Below, one piece after another: positions 37,010 to 49,334 of a DNA stretch of 64,000 bases. This stretch comes from Macrostomum lignano (lineage: Eukaryota). Location: the NCBI GenBank assembly GCA_002269645.1, contig NIVC01000020.1:930001-994000 (forward strand), given 5' to 3'. The position numbers and the translations under genes were made by a program. The stretch's first letter is position 1, and each line of letters opens with the position of its first letter. The notes below the pieces were generated by a model that had not been told where the DNA came from, ran no database searches, and worked only from the letters and a program-made list of their open reading frames with translations.

Positions 37010-37715
37010 TCAACCTCAATATTGACAGTAATTTACAGACTTCTGCAGCCACTATCGATATGTCTTAACCTCAAAATTGACAGGAATTTACAGACTTTTA
37101 CAGCCACTATCGATATGTCTCAACCTCAATATTGACAGGAATTTACAGACTTCTACAGCCACTATCGATATGTCTCAACCTCAATATTGACAGTAATTTA
37201 CAGACTTCTGCAGCCACTATCGATATGTCTTAACCTCAAAATTGACAGGAATTTACAGACTTCTACAGCCACTATCGATATGTCTCAACCTCAAAATTGA
37301 CAGGAATTTACAGACTTCTGCAGCCACTATCGATATGTCTTAACCTCAAAATTGACAGGAATTTACAGACTTCTACAGCCACTATCGATATGTCTCAACC
37401 TCAATATTGACAGTAATTTACAGACTTTTACAGCCACTATCGATATGTCTCAACCTCAATATTGACAGGAATTTACAGACTTCTGCAGCCAATATCGATA
37501 TGTCTCAACCTCAAAATTGACAGGAATTTACAGACTTCTGCAGCCACTATCGATATGTCTCAACCTCAAAATTGACAGGAATTTACAGACTTCTGCAGCC
37601 AATATCGATATGTCTCAACCTCAATATTGACAGGAATTTACAGACTTCTGCAGCCAATATCGATATGTCTCAACCTCAATATTGACAGGAATTTACAAAC
37701 TTCTACAGCCAATAT
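37010..37715. repeat. Minisatellite, 55-bp unit, about 13 copies
   Basis: ATTTACAGACTTCTRCAGCCACTATCGATATGTCTCAACCTCAAWATTGACAGGA repeated. Confidence 0.96.
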
Positions 37716-38598
37716 CGATCCGTCCCAATCTCACAGTTACAGTGATTTACAGACTTGTCACAGCCTGAACCTAGCAGCCTCAGCGAGTCAGTTTACAGAC
37801 TATATTACTTCAAACACAGAAATTTACAGCCAAAAACTGGTAGTGCATTCGCAGCCTCAGAATTAGAAACACCAGCTTGAGCCCCACCCGATTCCAGTAG
37901 AGCCCGGGATAGTCCATAGCATCCTGAGCTACGAGTATTTATATTCTAAAAACCCTCCCAGTTCTCCAGAGGGTGTCAAACTAAAAGTAATTGTTAAATT
38001 GCCCCAACACTTTGTCCCGACCCAGCCCCCCCCCCCCCCCAGGTTTAACTCGCTCGCTTTGCCCCCGGGGCTTGCGGGCTTGCGCAAAAAAACAGGCGAG
38101 TCTTGCTCCTAGAAGAAGAAGAACATCGAAAAAGAGAGCATCGGAAAGCCGCTGCGCCCGCGAGGCTTCTGGGTCGGACGGGGGTTGGGAGGGGGACTCT
38201 CTGATAAACCCTCTCTGACGCAACCGAACTCTTTCGAATGGAGCCTCACAGCGGGGTGCCTGCAGGCAGTCCGGTGACCGACCGCTTGCGCAGGTTCGGT
38301 TCGCACATTTTCATTCATTCCCTCTCGCGAGCGAATAACAGAAAGTTCTCCCTTCAAAACAGAGCGGGGTTCTGGTTGCCAGGTCATTGCAAATCGAATA
38401 TTACATTCCGAGCGAAAATAAACACAGAGGGACATTATTAAACTCTGAGGAAAATCCCATTGTTCTCCAAGCTTGTCAGTTAAAATCTGCATAGGATTAT
38501 AGTTGCCGGGAGCCCTGTTTTCACCTATACTCACTCAATTTGCGATGTTAATTCTACGAAACCGGTCTGCCAGAATAATTGATTGACAGCTCACTCAC

Positions 38599-38802
38599 CT
38601 TTGAGTTCGGACACTCCTTTCACAGCCTCGTCCGCGTGCAGGTGCAGCTGGTGCTGCTGCCGGTCCCTGGCGATGATGGCGGCGAAGTGCTCAAAACTGT
38701 CGCCCGTGCTGCAGAAATTCTGCTGGTATTGCTGCTGCTGCTGCTGCTCGAGAAGGAACTGGTGCCCGAGCTGCTGCTGGTGATGCAGCTGGTCCTGGTG
38801 AT
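38599..38802 (-). CDS. Candidate upstream Pax2/5/8 exon (204 nt, phase 1-1, His/Gln-rich)
   Basis: Acceptor tttgacccgcag, donor AAAG|GTGAGT, and an open frame HQDQLHHQQQLGHQFLLEQQQ...GVSELK. It is in frame with the acceptor at 33690 and with the paired exon. Confidence 0.6.
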
Positions 38803-40571
38803 CTGCGGGTCAAAGCAGAAATTCGGTGTTGCAGCAGCTCAAGTGCCGAGCTCCCAGCCTCACTGCCCGCTCCACCGTCCTCTTTATAGCCTGCCAGCTC
38901 CGGCCGAGCTCTCCGTGCTCCGCGGCCCGTGCCGGGAAGTCGAGGCCCTCCCCTTGCCCCCCGGACTCCCAGCTCGAGCACGCCCGGCCGAGCGTGTGAC
39001 TTCAAGCTCTGCTGGCTGCGGCGGCCGGGGGTGTCGGACAGCTGGGGCAGCCTGCGGTGGTCAGCGGGGGTCCTCAGGGCAGGTTTGACGGGGCGGGGAG
39101 TCACAGCCCACTGGGTCTGAATGCTGCTGTCTCCAAGGCGCCCCCCAGCCAGAAGGCCCAAAATCAAAGAGCAACATTTGTGTGGGCGACGCGGCTGGCT
39201 GGGCGGGCAGCGGCTGCAGCAGCGCAGCGTGTCACGGTCCGGTTGCCACCCTCCCCCCTCAGCTCAAGATGGGCGAGACGGGTTGCTGGGAGAGCAAGGC
39301 ATTCGCATTCCGCTGCCTTGGAGCGAGAAGGAGCCCGGAGTTCCCCCGCAACAGCTCAGCCAGAGTCAATGGCACTTGGGCGATCGGCGAGGGGACTGGA
39401 GAGTCGTGTCAAGTGTCCCCCCCGAGCTCCTCAGGTGGCCAGGATCAGAGGCTCGCCCGCTTGGATAAGAAAATGAAAAGCCATCCACAGGTGGAGAGGG
39501 ATCTCATGATGCCAGCAGCCCCACAATTGAAATTTCTCTCCCAGCGGCACGGCAACCCCTCATGAAAGCAGTCCTATGCAGAAGAGTGGATTATCCGCTG
39601 CAGTTGCTTGCCTGCTTCTCCTAGAGGTAGTTAATTGAAATTTCTGCCTTAATAATTGATGCAGTACGCTCGTTAGTTGCTTAGGAGGCTGGCTTAGGTA
39701 CGGAGATGAAGCCAGGGGGGGGGGGTTCGCAGCCGGGGTCGCAGGATCGCTCAGCGGGGCTGCCGAGAGCAGGGGGAGATTGTGGGCAGCCAAGCAGATC
39801 GAGAAGCTGCAGCAGAGCTCAAATAGAGATGATGAGGCTGCATCGCGGAGGCTGGGGAGCCGACAGCTGCAGAATTGTTTCCTAGCGGGCTTCGCACGGA
39901 GAGTCGCTAGCGACAGCGGCAGCAGCAGCAGCAGCTTCCAGACCGAGCGCTGCTTTCAGCTCACAAAAAATCATTCGCTACCCCCCCCCCGACAGCAGCT
40001 GCCGAGCCTGCGCGCTTCCCACTGACTGCAGCGGCCGGCCCGGCATTGTCTGCCGCTGCTGCAGCCGCCCGGGCACCGAGCCCAGCCGATGATCTCCAAA
40101 CTGCATTCCCAGACACTCCACAGCCTGGAGGGGGGGGCAAAGCCGGGACTGCTGAGGCGTTGCGGAGCCCCGTAACGGGATCTGCGGACTGCGCGGGGTG
40201 CCGGGCTGGCGTGTGCTGCAGAAAAAACTCCTCCTTTCTCTGGAGATATTTTTCTGTTTCCCAAAGCATCATTGAGAGTCCCCCGATCCTTGCCGCTTGG
40301 CTGACTCGCTGCATCCCAGCGCGGGAGTCAGCTGCCTCCGCCCCCCTCCGCCAGCTCCCGGGAGGCTTCGCGGCCGATTGATTTCGCGGACGCAGCGCGG
40401 CGCATCGAAATGGGGATAATTCTCCCATCATTGGGACAATGGAGTGAGGAGGAAAAAGTGTATCAACTACAGTGAAAGCTCAGGCTTGAAGTAAAAAACA
40501 CGGGAGCTCTCATGAGAGCAATACAGTTTTTTGGCTGACAAAAATGATTGGGATATGCAGATGTTACTCAC

Positions 40572-40578
40572 GCAGCAT
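40572..40578 (-). CDS. Candidate distal first coding micro-segment of Pax2/5/8 (ATG CTG C|GTGAGT)
   Basis: A phase-1 perfect donor that joins the 204-nt exon to give MLHHQDQLHHQQQ. The full model is 2013 nt (670 aa). Confidence 0.4.
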
Positions 40579-41964
40579 TGCGGCAGACTCCTTGCTCCCT
40601 GCTGTGCGAACCTGCAGCCCGGATGCGCCCGTCAGTCAGTCAGTCCTCGATCCGAGTATTCGAGTCTAGCAGCGACTTTCACTGCAGCGGCCTGTCTGTG
40701 TTTGGCCCCAATGCTGCTGGTCTGCGAATGCGTGCCGCACTTTATTCCTCACCGAGCTGTGGCCTGCCGCCCCCCCACTTATCCTCGACCAATCCGCGGG
40801 CTCCGGCGCCCCACCCCACCCTCCGCCTCAAGAAGTTTGCCGCCGCCATTCACCCCCTCAGGCAGGTCAGCTGCTCCACCGAGAGTCGGGCCGGCCTCGC
40901 ATGCGGGCTCGCCGCACACAATAAAACTCGAGTTGAGATTGGGACTGAGAGTTTGCTGCTCACAGCTCTGGCCAACCCCCCTTTTTAATTGTTCCAAAAT
41001 TTGCCGCCGGTCCGTTTTGCCAGTCTGAACTGCCCGCCTGTCTGTTGTTGTGACTTTGAGTGTGTTGTAAATTAAATGCCCCCCTCCTGGCCAGCTCGCT
41101 CAGACCTCTCGGAGGATCAGGTGTGTAAAAGAATGCCAAAGCAAAGAGTTATAGAATTGAAACACGCAAGTTTATGCAGCCAACTTTCCTTCTACTGGTT
41201 CACAAAAAAGACTACAACTACGGCGGAATGCTTGGCAGAGATGCCAGCTACTTATTTATTTAGAAACTCCGCCTCACGCTTGCAAGACCCGTGGACTGTT
41301 GCAACAAACACTGACCGATCACAGTGCGCCACTTCCCACTGTTTATAATAGGAATTTTTTAAATAAAGATCAGAAAGATCGAAAAAATGTGTTTATTGCA
41401 ACAGACTATTGAAGGCTTCCCTGGGGCTGCGTGCCACAGCAAGTCCTCATCTGTCTCGAATGCCAGTCTCTTCTTCCAGTGTTGCGCAACCGCTCAGACC
41501 CGAACCCTACTGCAGTGCGCGGCTTTATTCAACTCCATGCCGTGCTGGGGACACCTTGAAACACATTTTATATGCCATTGAACACGCGGGCAATGAACCG
41601 TGTCGTCGGAACACTTTTTCGAACTCTGAAATCAGTTTGTCACTCCCGGCCCCAGTGGTGACTCCAATTTCGGGTGCTTAATTGTATTCGAAGCGATCGA
41701 ATATTTAGTTCGCACCAGGGCTGCTTGAGGCTCTGCTAAGTGGCTGAACTCTGTTCCTAATTACAGTCATCAGGATTATGCAGTTTTTTTCAGACTGACG
41801 CCCCCAATTCACACCTGTGTGACATCCTCAACCCCATTATTGAATTCAAGTGGATGCAGGAGCTGCGTTGAATTGATGGCGTGGAGTGAGTATGCGAGCT
41901 TGGAGGCTGAGTTAATATCTATATTATATATGTATTTATTAACCACACACTATATGAGAATATC

Positions 41965-42535
41965 ATGAGACGAGACAGACGGGTGAGATATGCGAGAAAA
42001 TCATGAGACAATGAGATAGACAGGGTGAGATATCAGACAATAGCATGAGACAATGAGATAGACAGGGTGAGATATCAGAGAATAGCATGGGATAAGAGAT
42101 AGACAGAGTGAGATATCAGAGAATAACATGGGATAATGAGATAGACAGAGTGAGATATCAGAGAATAACATGGGATAATGAGATAGACAGAGTGAGATAT
42201 CAGAGAATAACATGGGATAATGAGATAGACAGAGTGAGATATCAGAGAATAACATGGGATAATGAGATAGACAGAGTGAGATATCAGAGAATAACATGGG
42301 ATAATGAGATAGACAGAGTGAGATATCAGAGAATAGCATGGGATAATGAGATAGACAGAGTGAGATATCAGAGAATAGCATGGGATAATGAGATAGATGG
42401 GGTGAGATATCAGAGAATAGCATGGGATAATGAGATAGATGGGGTGAGATATCAGAGAATAGCATGGGATAATGAGATAGACAGGGTGAGATATCAGAGA
42501 ATAGCATGGGATAATGAGATAGATGGGGTGAGATA
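41965..42535. repeat. Minisatellite, 42-bp unit GAATARCATGGGATAATGAGATAGACAGAGTGAGATATCAGA, about 13 copies
   Basis: Direct reading. Confidence 0.95.
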
Positions 42536-43099
42536 ACTAAATTCACAAACCTTCAGTTTATCTAGAAAAGGTTTGCTTAAAATACTGTTTCCGGCGGAGT
42601 CTGGGGCCCTCATCGGGGCACATCTTGATCCCGAATCGCCACCCCCAGCTCGTAAAACTTGCCGGACACACAAAACCATCAATAGCAGTCCGCGAGCTCA
42701 GCTCAATCGAGTTCTCAGTGATTTATTGCCTACTCCCCGTCTTCTCGCGGGTTGCGCAATTCGAGCTCAGAGTCCGGCCGAGCACCGAGCCGCATTGCTC
42801 AGGGCACTGAGATGCCGAATTGTTTGCGCAAACCGGGGCCCCGGATATTTGGGCGGGGACGGGGAGAAGAGGGAAAAGCGGGGAGTTGAATTGGCGGAGA
42901 CAAGAGGGGCGGGGCGGGCCCGGCGGGGGACATAGGAGTTCATAATTCGATTACCGAGTTGCGGGGCGCGAGACCCGGACTCCGCTCGGATCATTTGATA
43001 CTCGGGGAGGCTGCAAAATCTTCATCGATTTCCCTGTGCGCTGCTGAACCGCCTCGCTTTGTTGCCAGCCCACGGCCAACTCCTGTGCTTGTTGCCGGA

Positions 43100-43520
43100 C
43101 TGTCACTCTCACTGTCACTCTCATTTTCATTCTCACTGTCACTCTCATTTTCACTCTCACTGTCACTCTCATTTTCACTCTCATTTTCACTCTCACTGTC
43201 ACTCTCATTTTCACTCTCATTTTCACTCTCACTTTCAGTGTCACTCACTGTCGCTCTTATTGTCACTCTCACTGTCACTTTCATTGTCCCTCTCGCTCTC
43301 ACTGCCACTCTTATTGTCACTATCACTCTCAGTGTCCCTTAGTGTCACTCTCGTTCCCGGTGTCACTCAGTATCACCATTGCTCTCAGAGTCACTCAATG
43401 TCACTCTCATTGTCACTCTCGCTCTCTATGTCACTCAATTTCACTCACTGCCAGGCTCATTGTCAGTCTGGTTGTCACTCAATATTACTAACTTTCACTC
43501 TCACTGTCGCTCTTACTTTC
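43100..43520. repeat. Degenerate TCACTC/TCATTT hexamer repeat
   Basis: Direct reading. Confidence 0.85.
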
Positions 43521-44220
43521 ACACTCGACGTCACTCCCAGTCGACCTCGCACGCAGGCCAACACCAGTGACTCTCCGTATCCCACTGCCCCGCTGTCCCT
43601 CTCTCCCGCCCTGCCAAGAGGCCGTCAGTTTGCGAACAGCCACTTAAACTGACAAGCATTTTCGCGCCGCTCAATTACGGGCGCAGTTCCGCTCTCGCTG
43701 CTGTCCGCCCGGCAACCGGAGTTCGATCCCCCCGCCGCGGCCTGCGGACGGATCGGGTTTCGCTCGGCCACCGGGCCGCCGTCAATCAATGAATAATACA
43801 TGCCGGACACAAAACCGTTTACAGCTGCTAAGAGGAACTGCAACCGGGACGGGGGTTGGTGACAAAATTTCAAAATTTAAGTAGCTCGAAGGGGGGCAGT
43901 AAAAAACACGAACTCGAACCCAGGAAGACATGAAAAATGAAACAAAAGCTACGGTTTTTCCCGCGGGAAATCGAAACCGGACGGACGGAGCCTCCTTTGT
44001 TGCCGCTGCGGCGGCGCGGGACTTACTGGAATTCGAAGCTAATTCGGTCACAAGTGGCTCCGGGGTGGAAATTTGAGACTCGATGCTTGAGCGAACACAC
44101 TTTTGGTCAGCTGTATAGGCTTGCAGATCAGTCTGGGGTCGTGGCGGCTACTCATAGTAGCAACGATGATTTTTTCGGAGAAAAATTGCCATTATAATTT
44201 AATCACCACGATAATTTATT

Positions 44221-45368
44221 CTGGGATCTGGGAGATTTGGAAGATCTGGGATCTGGGAGATCTGGGAGATTTGGGAGATCTGGGAGATTTGGGAGATCTG
44301 GGAGATTTGGGAGATCTGGGAGATTTGGGAGATCTGGGAGATTTTGGAGATCTGGGAGATTTGGGAGATCTGGGATCTGGGAGATCTGGGATCTGGGAGA
44401 TCTGGGATCTGGGAGATCTGGGATTTGGGAGATCTGGGAGATTTGGGAGATCTGGGAGATTTGGGAGATCTGGGAGATTTGGGAGATCTGGGAGATTTGG
44501 GAGATCTGGGAGATTTGGGAGATCTGGGAGATTTTGGAGATCTGGGAGATTTGGGAGATCTGGGAGATTTGGGAGATCTGGGAGATTTGGGAGATCTGGG
44601 AGATTTGGGAGATCTGGGATCTGGGAGATCTGGGATCTGGGAGATCTGGGATCTGGGAGATCTGGGATCTGGGAGATCTGGGATCTGGGAGATCTGGGAT
44701 CTGGGAGATCTGGGATCTGGGAGATCTGGGATCTGGGAGATCTGGGATCTGGGAGATCTGGGATCTGGGAGATCTGGGATCTGGGAGATCTGGGATCTGG
44801 GAGATCTGGGATCTGGGAGATCTGGGATCTGGGAGATCTGGGATCTGGGAGATCTGGGATCTGGGAGATCTGGGATCTGGGAGATCTGGGATCTGGGAGA
44901 TCTGGGATCTGGGAGATCTGGGATCTGGGAGATCTGGGATCTGGGAGATCTGGGATCTGGGAGATCTGGGATCTGGGAGATCTGGGATCTGGGAGATCTG
45001 GGATCTGGGAGATCTGGGATCTGGGAGATCTGGGATCTGGGAGATCTGGGATCTGGGAGATCTGGGATCTGGGAGATCTGGGATCTGGGAGATCTGGGAT
45101 CTGGGAGATCTGGGATCTGGGAGATCTGGGATCTGGGAGATCTGGGATCTGGGAGATCTGGGATCTGGGAGATCTGGGATCTGGGAGATCTGGGATCTGG
45201 GAGATCTGGGATCTGGGAGATCTGGGATCTGGGAGATCTGGGATCTGGGAGATCTGGGATCTGGGAGATCTGGGATCTGGGAGATCTGGGATCTGGGAGA
45301 TCTGGGATCTGGGAGATCTGGGATCTGGGAGATCTGGGATCTGGGAGATCTAGGATCTGGGAGATCTG
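44221..45368. repeat. Minisatellite, 16-bp GGGAGATCTGGGATCT (18-bp GGGAGATCTGGGAGATTT variant at the left end), about 70 units
   Basis: Direct reading. GGG tracts occur every 7-9 nt. Confidence 0.97.
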
Positions 45369-45717
45369 AGTACGCACTCCTAAGTGCCTCTGTATCCCAA
45401 AAATGTTTTTGATGAAAATCTTGGCTCCCTATGAAGTGACAGCTTGAGCAGAAGTTTTTGATTGACAGCCTGGGGCCCCATTAGCAGGCAGCTCTCAAAA
45501 GCATTTTCCGCTGGAATGAAAATTGCATCTTGTCCCCCCAGCCAGCCAGCTGCCTGGCCCCGCCATCTCTACCGGGGAATCGCCAGCCAGTCGCGCAGTG
45601 GCACAGCCTGCCTTCAGCGCGTTGCCCTGCGAGAACTGGCGGAATCGCGAAATTGGCCAAGGAAAGTTCAGATATGACTGCAGCTTTTTATGTTAGGATT
45701 CGATAGGCAATAAATCT

Positions 45718-45800
45718 GGTTTCCCGGTGGTTCCCGGTGGTTCCCGGTGGTTCCCGGTGGTTCCCGGTGGTTCCCGGTGGTTCCCGGTGGTTCCCGGTGG
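45718..45800. repeat. 10-bp repeat TTCCCGGTGG, about 8 copies
   Basis: Direct reading. Confidence 0.92.
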
Positions 45801-46467
45801 TTTACCAAAAAACGATAAAGCCTAAGAGCGTTCGGATACTCCAGTGGAGTCCTCCTCTGCAGGGCAGCCTTCCTGAATGTTTTCTCCGATTCCGGTGCCA
45901 CTCTGTCCTCATCCTCCCCGGAGACACCCGAGCTCCCCATCAAGTAGTGAGGCGAGAAACTCATCTATAATTTCTGTCGGCAGAAGGCGGGCAATCCCGG
46001 AGGAAGCGCGCGCCCTGAGGGCAGGTGCCGCGGGCCGGAGTCGCCGCCGCCTCCTCCTCCTTGTCTTCGAGTGCTCGGGCAGCGAGCGCGGAGATCCCAG
46101 ATTCTTCCCATGAGGGTTGGGGGGCTGCGGGCCCGCGGGGACGCCTCAGCAGCGGCCGCGCACTCCGCATCTCACTGCACTTTGGCGGCAGCATCTCCGA
46201 AAGTCGCCACCCCCTCATCTCCGCCTCTCGGTTGGCCCGGCCTGCATATTTAATTAAAGCTCACAAGACGAGGAGGGTCGCCACTCGGATGCCCCTGCGA
46301 TGAAGGACCATTGAGAGCCTGAGTAAGGGGGAGGGGGTGGCTGCATCGCAACATCCAGATTCCCCGGCTGCCTGCCTCATCTTTAGCCTCCAGCCTCCCA
46401 GTGAGATCTGCAGCAGGCCGTCCCAGCAGCAGCTTCCCCTCCAATCCGTCTGTCCGTCTCCCTGCTG

Positions 46468-46836
46468 CGGAGACCTCAGCAACTTCGGAGACCTCAGCAT
46501 CTCGGAGACCTCAGCAACTTCGGAGACCTCAGCAACTTCGGAGACCTCAGCAACTTCGGAGACCTCAGCAACTTCGGAGACCTCAGCAACTTCGGAGACC
46601 TCAGCAACTTCGGAGACCTCAGCAACTTCGGAGACCTCAGCAACTTCGGAGACCTCAGCAACTTCGGAGACCTCAGCAACTTCGGAGACCTCAGCAACTT
46701 CGGAGACCTCAGCAACTTCGGAGACCTCAGCAACTTCGGAGACCTCAGCAACTTCGGAGACCTCAGCAACTTTGGAGACCTCAGAACTTCGGAGACCTCA
46801 GCAACTTCGGAGACCTCAGCATCTCGGAGACCTCGC
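46468..46836. repeat. Minisatellite, 18-bp GGAGACCTCAGCAACTTC, about 20 copies
   Basis: Direct reading. Confidence 0.96.
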
Positions 46837-47751
46837 AGACTTCGTCCCAGTAAAACGAAGTCCGGCACAGTTCGGTGAGTGTCATGGGCTCTCGAGCGGC
46901 AATACCGGAGAGAAGATGATGGAGCACAGGGGAGGCTGGGCTCAGCTCACCCTCAGTTCAGCGTGAGAAATTCTCAGCCAGAGCTGCAGACTGCGCAGCT
47001 GCCAGCTGAAACAGCGTGGCCAGAGGCGACTGGGGAGCACGAACTCGAGGGCTGAGAAGGAAATCTCAAACAGCCTCGGGGCCGCAGGCAGGCAGGAAAT
47101 GCGCTGCAGCCGGGAGACAATGGCAGGCTGTTTGTCTCTTGAGCAAAAAAGATTTTTGCAGAGAAAAGTTTCTTTCTGGTTTGGCTCAGACGGCATAAGG
47201 AGACGATAAGTGCTCTCGGGGGGGGGGGCTGGGGATCCTCGCCTCCCCCCATTGTTGCTGAGCTCGCGGGGGGGGGCAGGTAGGCAAATGGCTGGGAAAC
47301 CTGAGAGCTGGGGAGCCGAGTGAGCAGCTCATCTCTCCCTGTTTTGATTTTCACTCGGCCCCGGAAAGATTGGCAAGCGGCAGTGGAGGCTCAGGGACTA
47401 CTGCATCCACCTGGACTGGAAGCCCAGACGAGCGCTCACCCCAAAACCTTGGCCACATTGCATGAATAACAGGCTGCATTATGGTTGCACCATGGAGAGA
47501 ATTGTTTCAATTGCACTTCCTTTGCACCGGATTCTTTTCCACTCTTCCACAATGCTCTCAGACAAAGTTGGCTTGTTTTTGGCAAATCGATAAGCCAAAC
47601 ATCCCCGACGGATCAATGCTGGGGCAGTCGGGTTTTCGACCTACTATGAGTAGCGTGAAGCAGAAAGAGGTGGGAAATTATCGATAGAATACTGCAGCAT
47701 ACAGCTAATGCGGTGACAAGACTCGAACCTCCATTTCTACCCCAGCTCAGA

Positions 47752-48075
47752 ACTGCTCACCCCATCACAGCAGGGACTGTGACTCTGCTCACCCCATCAC
47801 ATCAGGGACAGTGACTCTGCTCACCCCATCACATCAGGTACAGTGACTCTGCTCAATCCATCACATCAGGTACAGTGACTCTGCTCACCCCATCACAGCA
47901 GGGACTGTGACTCTGCCCACCCCATCACAGCAGGGACTGTGACTCTGCTCACCCCATCACAGCAGGGACTGTGACTCTGCTCACCCCATCACAGCAGGGA
48001 CTGTGACTCTGCTCACCCCATCACAGCAGGGACTCCTGTGACTCTGCTCACCCTATCACAGCAGGGACTGTGACT
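47752..48075. repeat. Minisatellite, 32-bp GACTCTGCTCACCCCATCACAGCAGGGACTGT, about 10 copies
   Basis: Direct reading. Confidence 0.94.
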
Positions 48076-48170
48076 GCAGCTCAGATCAGTTTGCCAGTTG
48101 CTCACGGTTGGCTAACTAACCGAAGCTAACTCTGCTTAACCTGGGCCAGCTAGACTTTTGTCTGAAAGTA

Positions 48171-49139
48171 CTTCGGGTGTGTCATAAGTAATGTCACTGA
48201 TGTGAAAACAGACGAACTTGCAATCGCAGATGAACAAAACTGTACCACTCAACAACATAGAGTCCCCCAATATTAATCACCCTCTGGCAGTGCTCATACA
48301 GCTTGTCCACCTCAGCCTGCAGGTGTTTTTCCTCCAACTGCCATAACCAGTGCAACGCAGCCTGTTTTACCTCTTCATGGTTTGCGAAACTCTTCTTGGA
48401 AAAGTCAGCCTTCAGCCATTTGAACAGGAATCTCTTGCAAAAGTTGAAGTCTGGGCTGTAGGGACTGTCAGAGCAGATTCACTCGCCATGCAGGCAGAAA
48501 ATTCGAAACAGCCTTCAGGTGTGCAGCCGTGCGGTGTCCATCTGCCACAGAACCTTGTCCAGGTGACATGGATTTGACCGGAGAGTGCACCAGAGGTCTC
48601 CAGTGTGCCGGAAAAAGTCGATAAAGTACTGGCCATCGACCTTGGTGTTCGGTGGAGTTGTGCAGATGGAGACTCGTTTGTTTGGCGTGAAGGCTACCAG
48701 CAGCATGGTCTTCTTGTCCGAGATGGACTTCCTGGTCACCATCGGCCTGAAGTCCCCAGCTCCCAACCAGCAGCGATTGTCTGCCTTGCTGCCCTTGCCA
48801 TCCAGGTGGAGCCAGCTTTCATCCTCAGCAACCAGGCAGTTTAGGATGTCATTCAAGCCCTGGCTGCTAAACACCTTGCGGATCTGCTTGGTGCAGGCGT
48901 CTTGTCAAGATTCATGATGATTTTTGTTCGCTGCATAGACGATTTTTCATCGCGTTGCACTTGCTAAATCTGCTTGGCGTATTCTTGCGATAGCTTGGGC
49001 CATAAACAACCTATGCATGTCTCAAATGCACTGCTATTGCTTCACTAAGTATACTTTGCAGCTACACTACCCACAAGTCCATGTCCCTACATATTTTAGA
49101 CAGAGGCCTGCAGTGACATTACTTATGACACACCCGAAG
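48171..49139 (-). mobile_element. Non-autonomous mariner (Tc1/mariner) element, 969 bp
   Basis: Perfect 29-bp TIRs CTTCGGGTGTGTCATAAGTAATGTCACTG with TA TSDs (48169-70 and 49140-41). The decayed transposase shows AEDESW, QMDTARLH and SPYSPDFNFCKRFLF, with stops/indels, Lys at the third catalytic Asp position, and no recognisable N-terminal HTH region. Confidence 0.92.
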
Positions 49140-49334
49140 TAACAACAAAGGAATAAATATTAATGATTTTTTGAAAGAAACTTTATTGGAAAAATCACAA
49201 AGGAAATAAAAACTCTACGCTCTCTCAAAAATAAAAAACTCCAATGAAAGATGGAAAATAAAAGTATACAAAAAATATGGCGACCCGTTACAACTACTCT
49301 GCTGATTTCAAGTAGCACAATTGGCGTATTGCAA

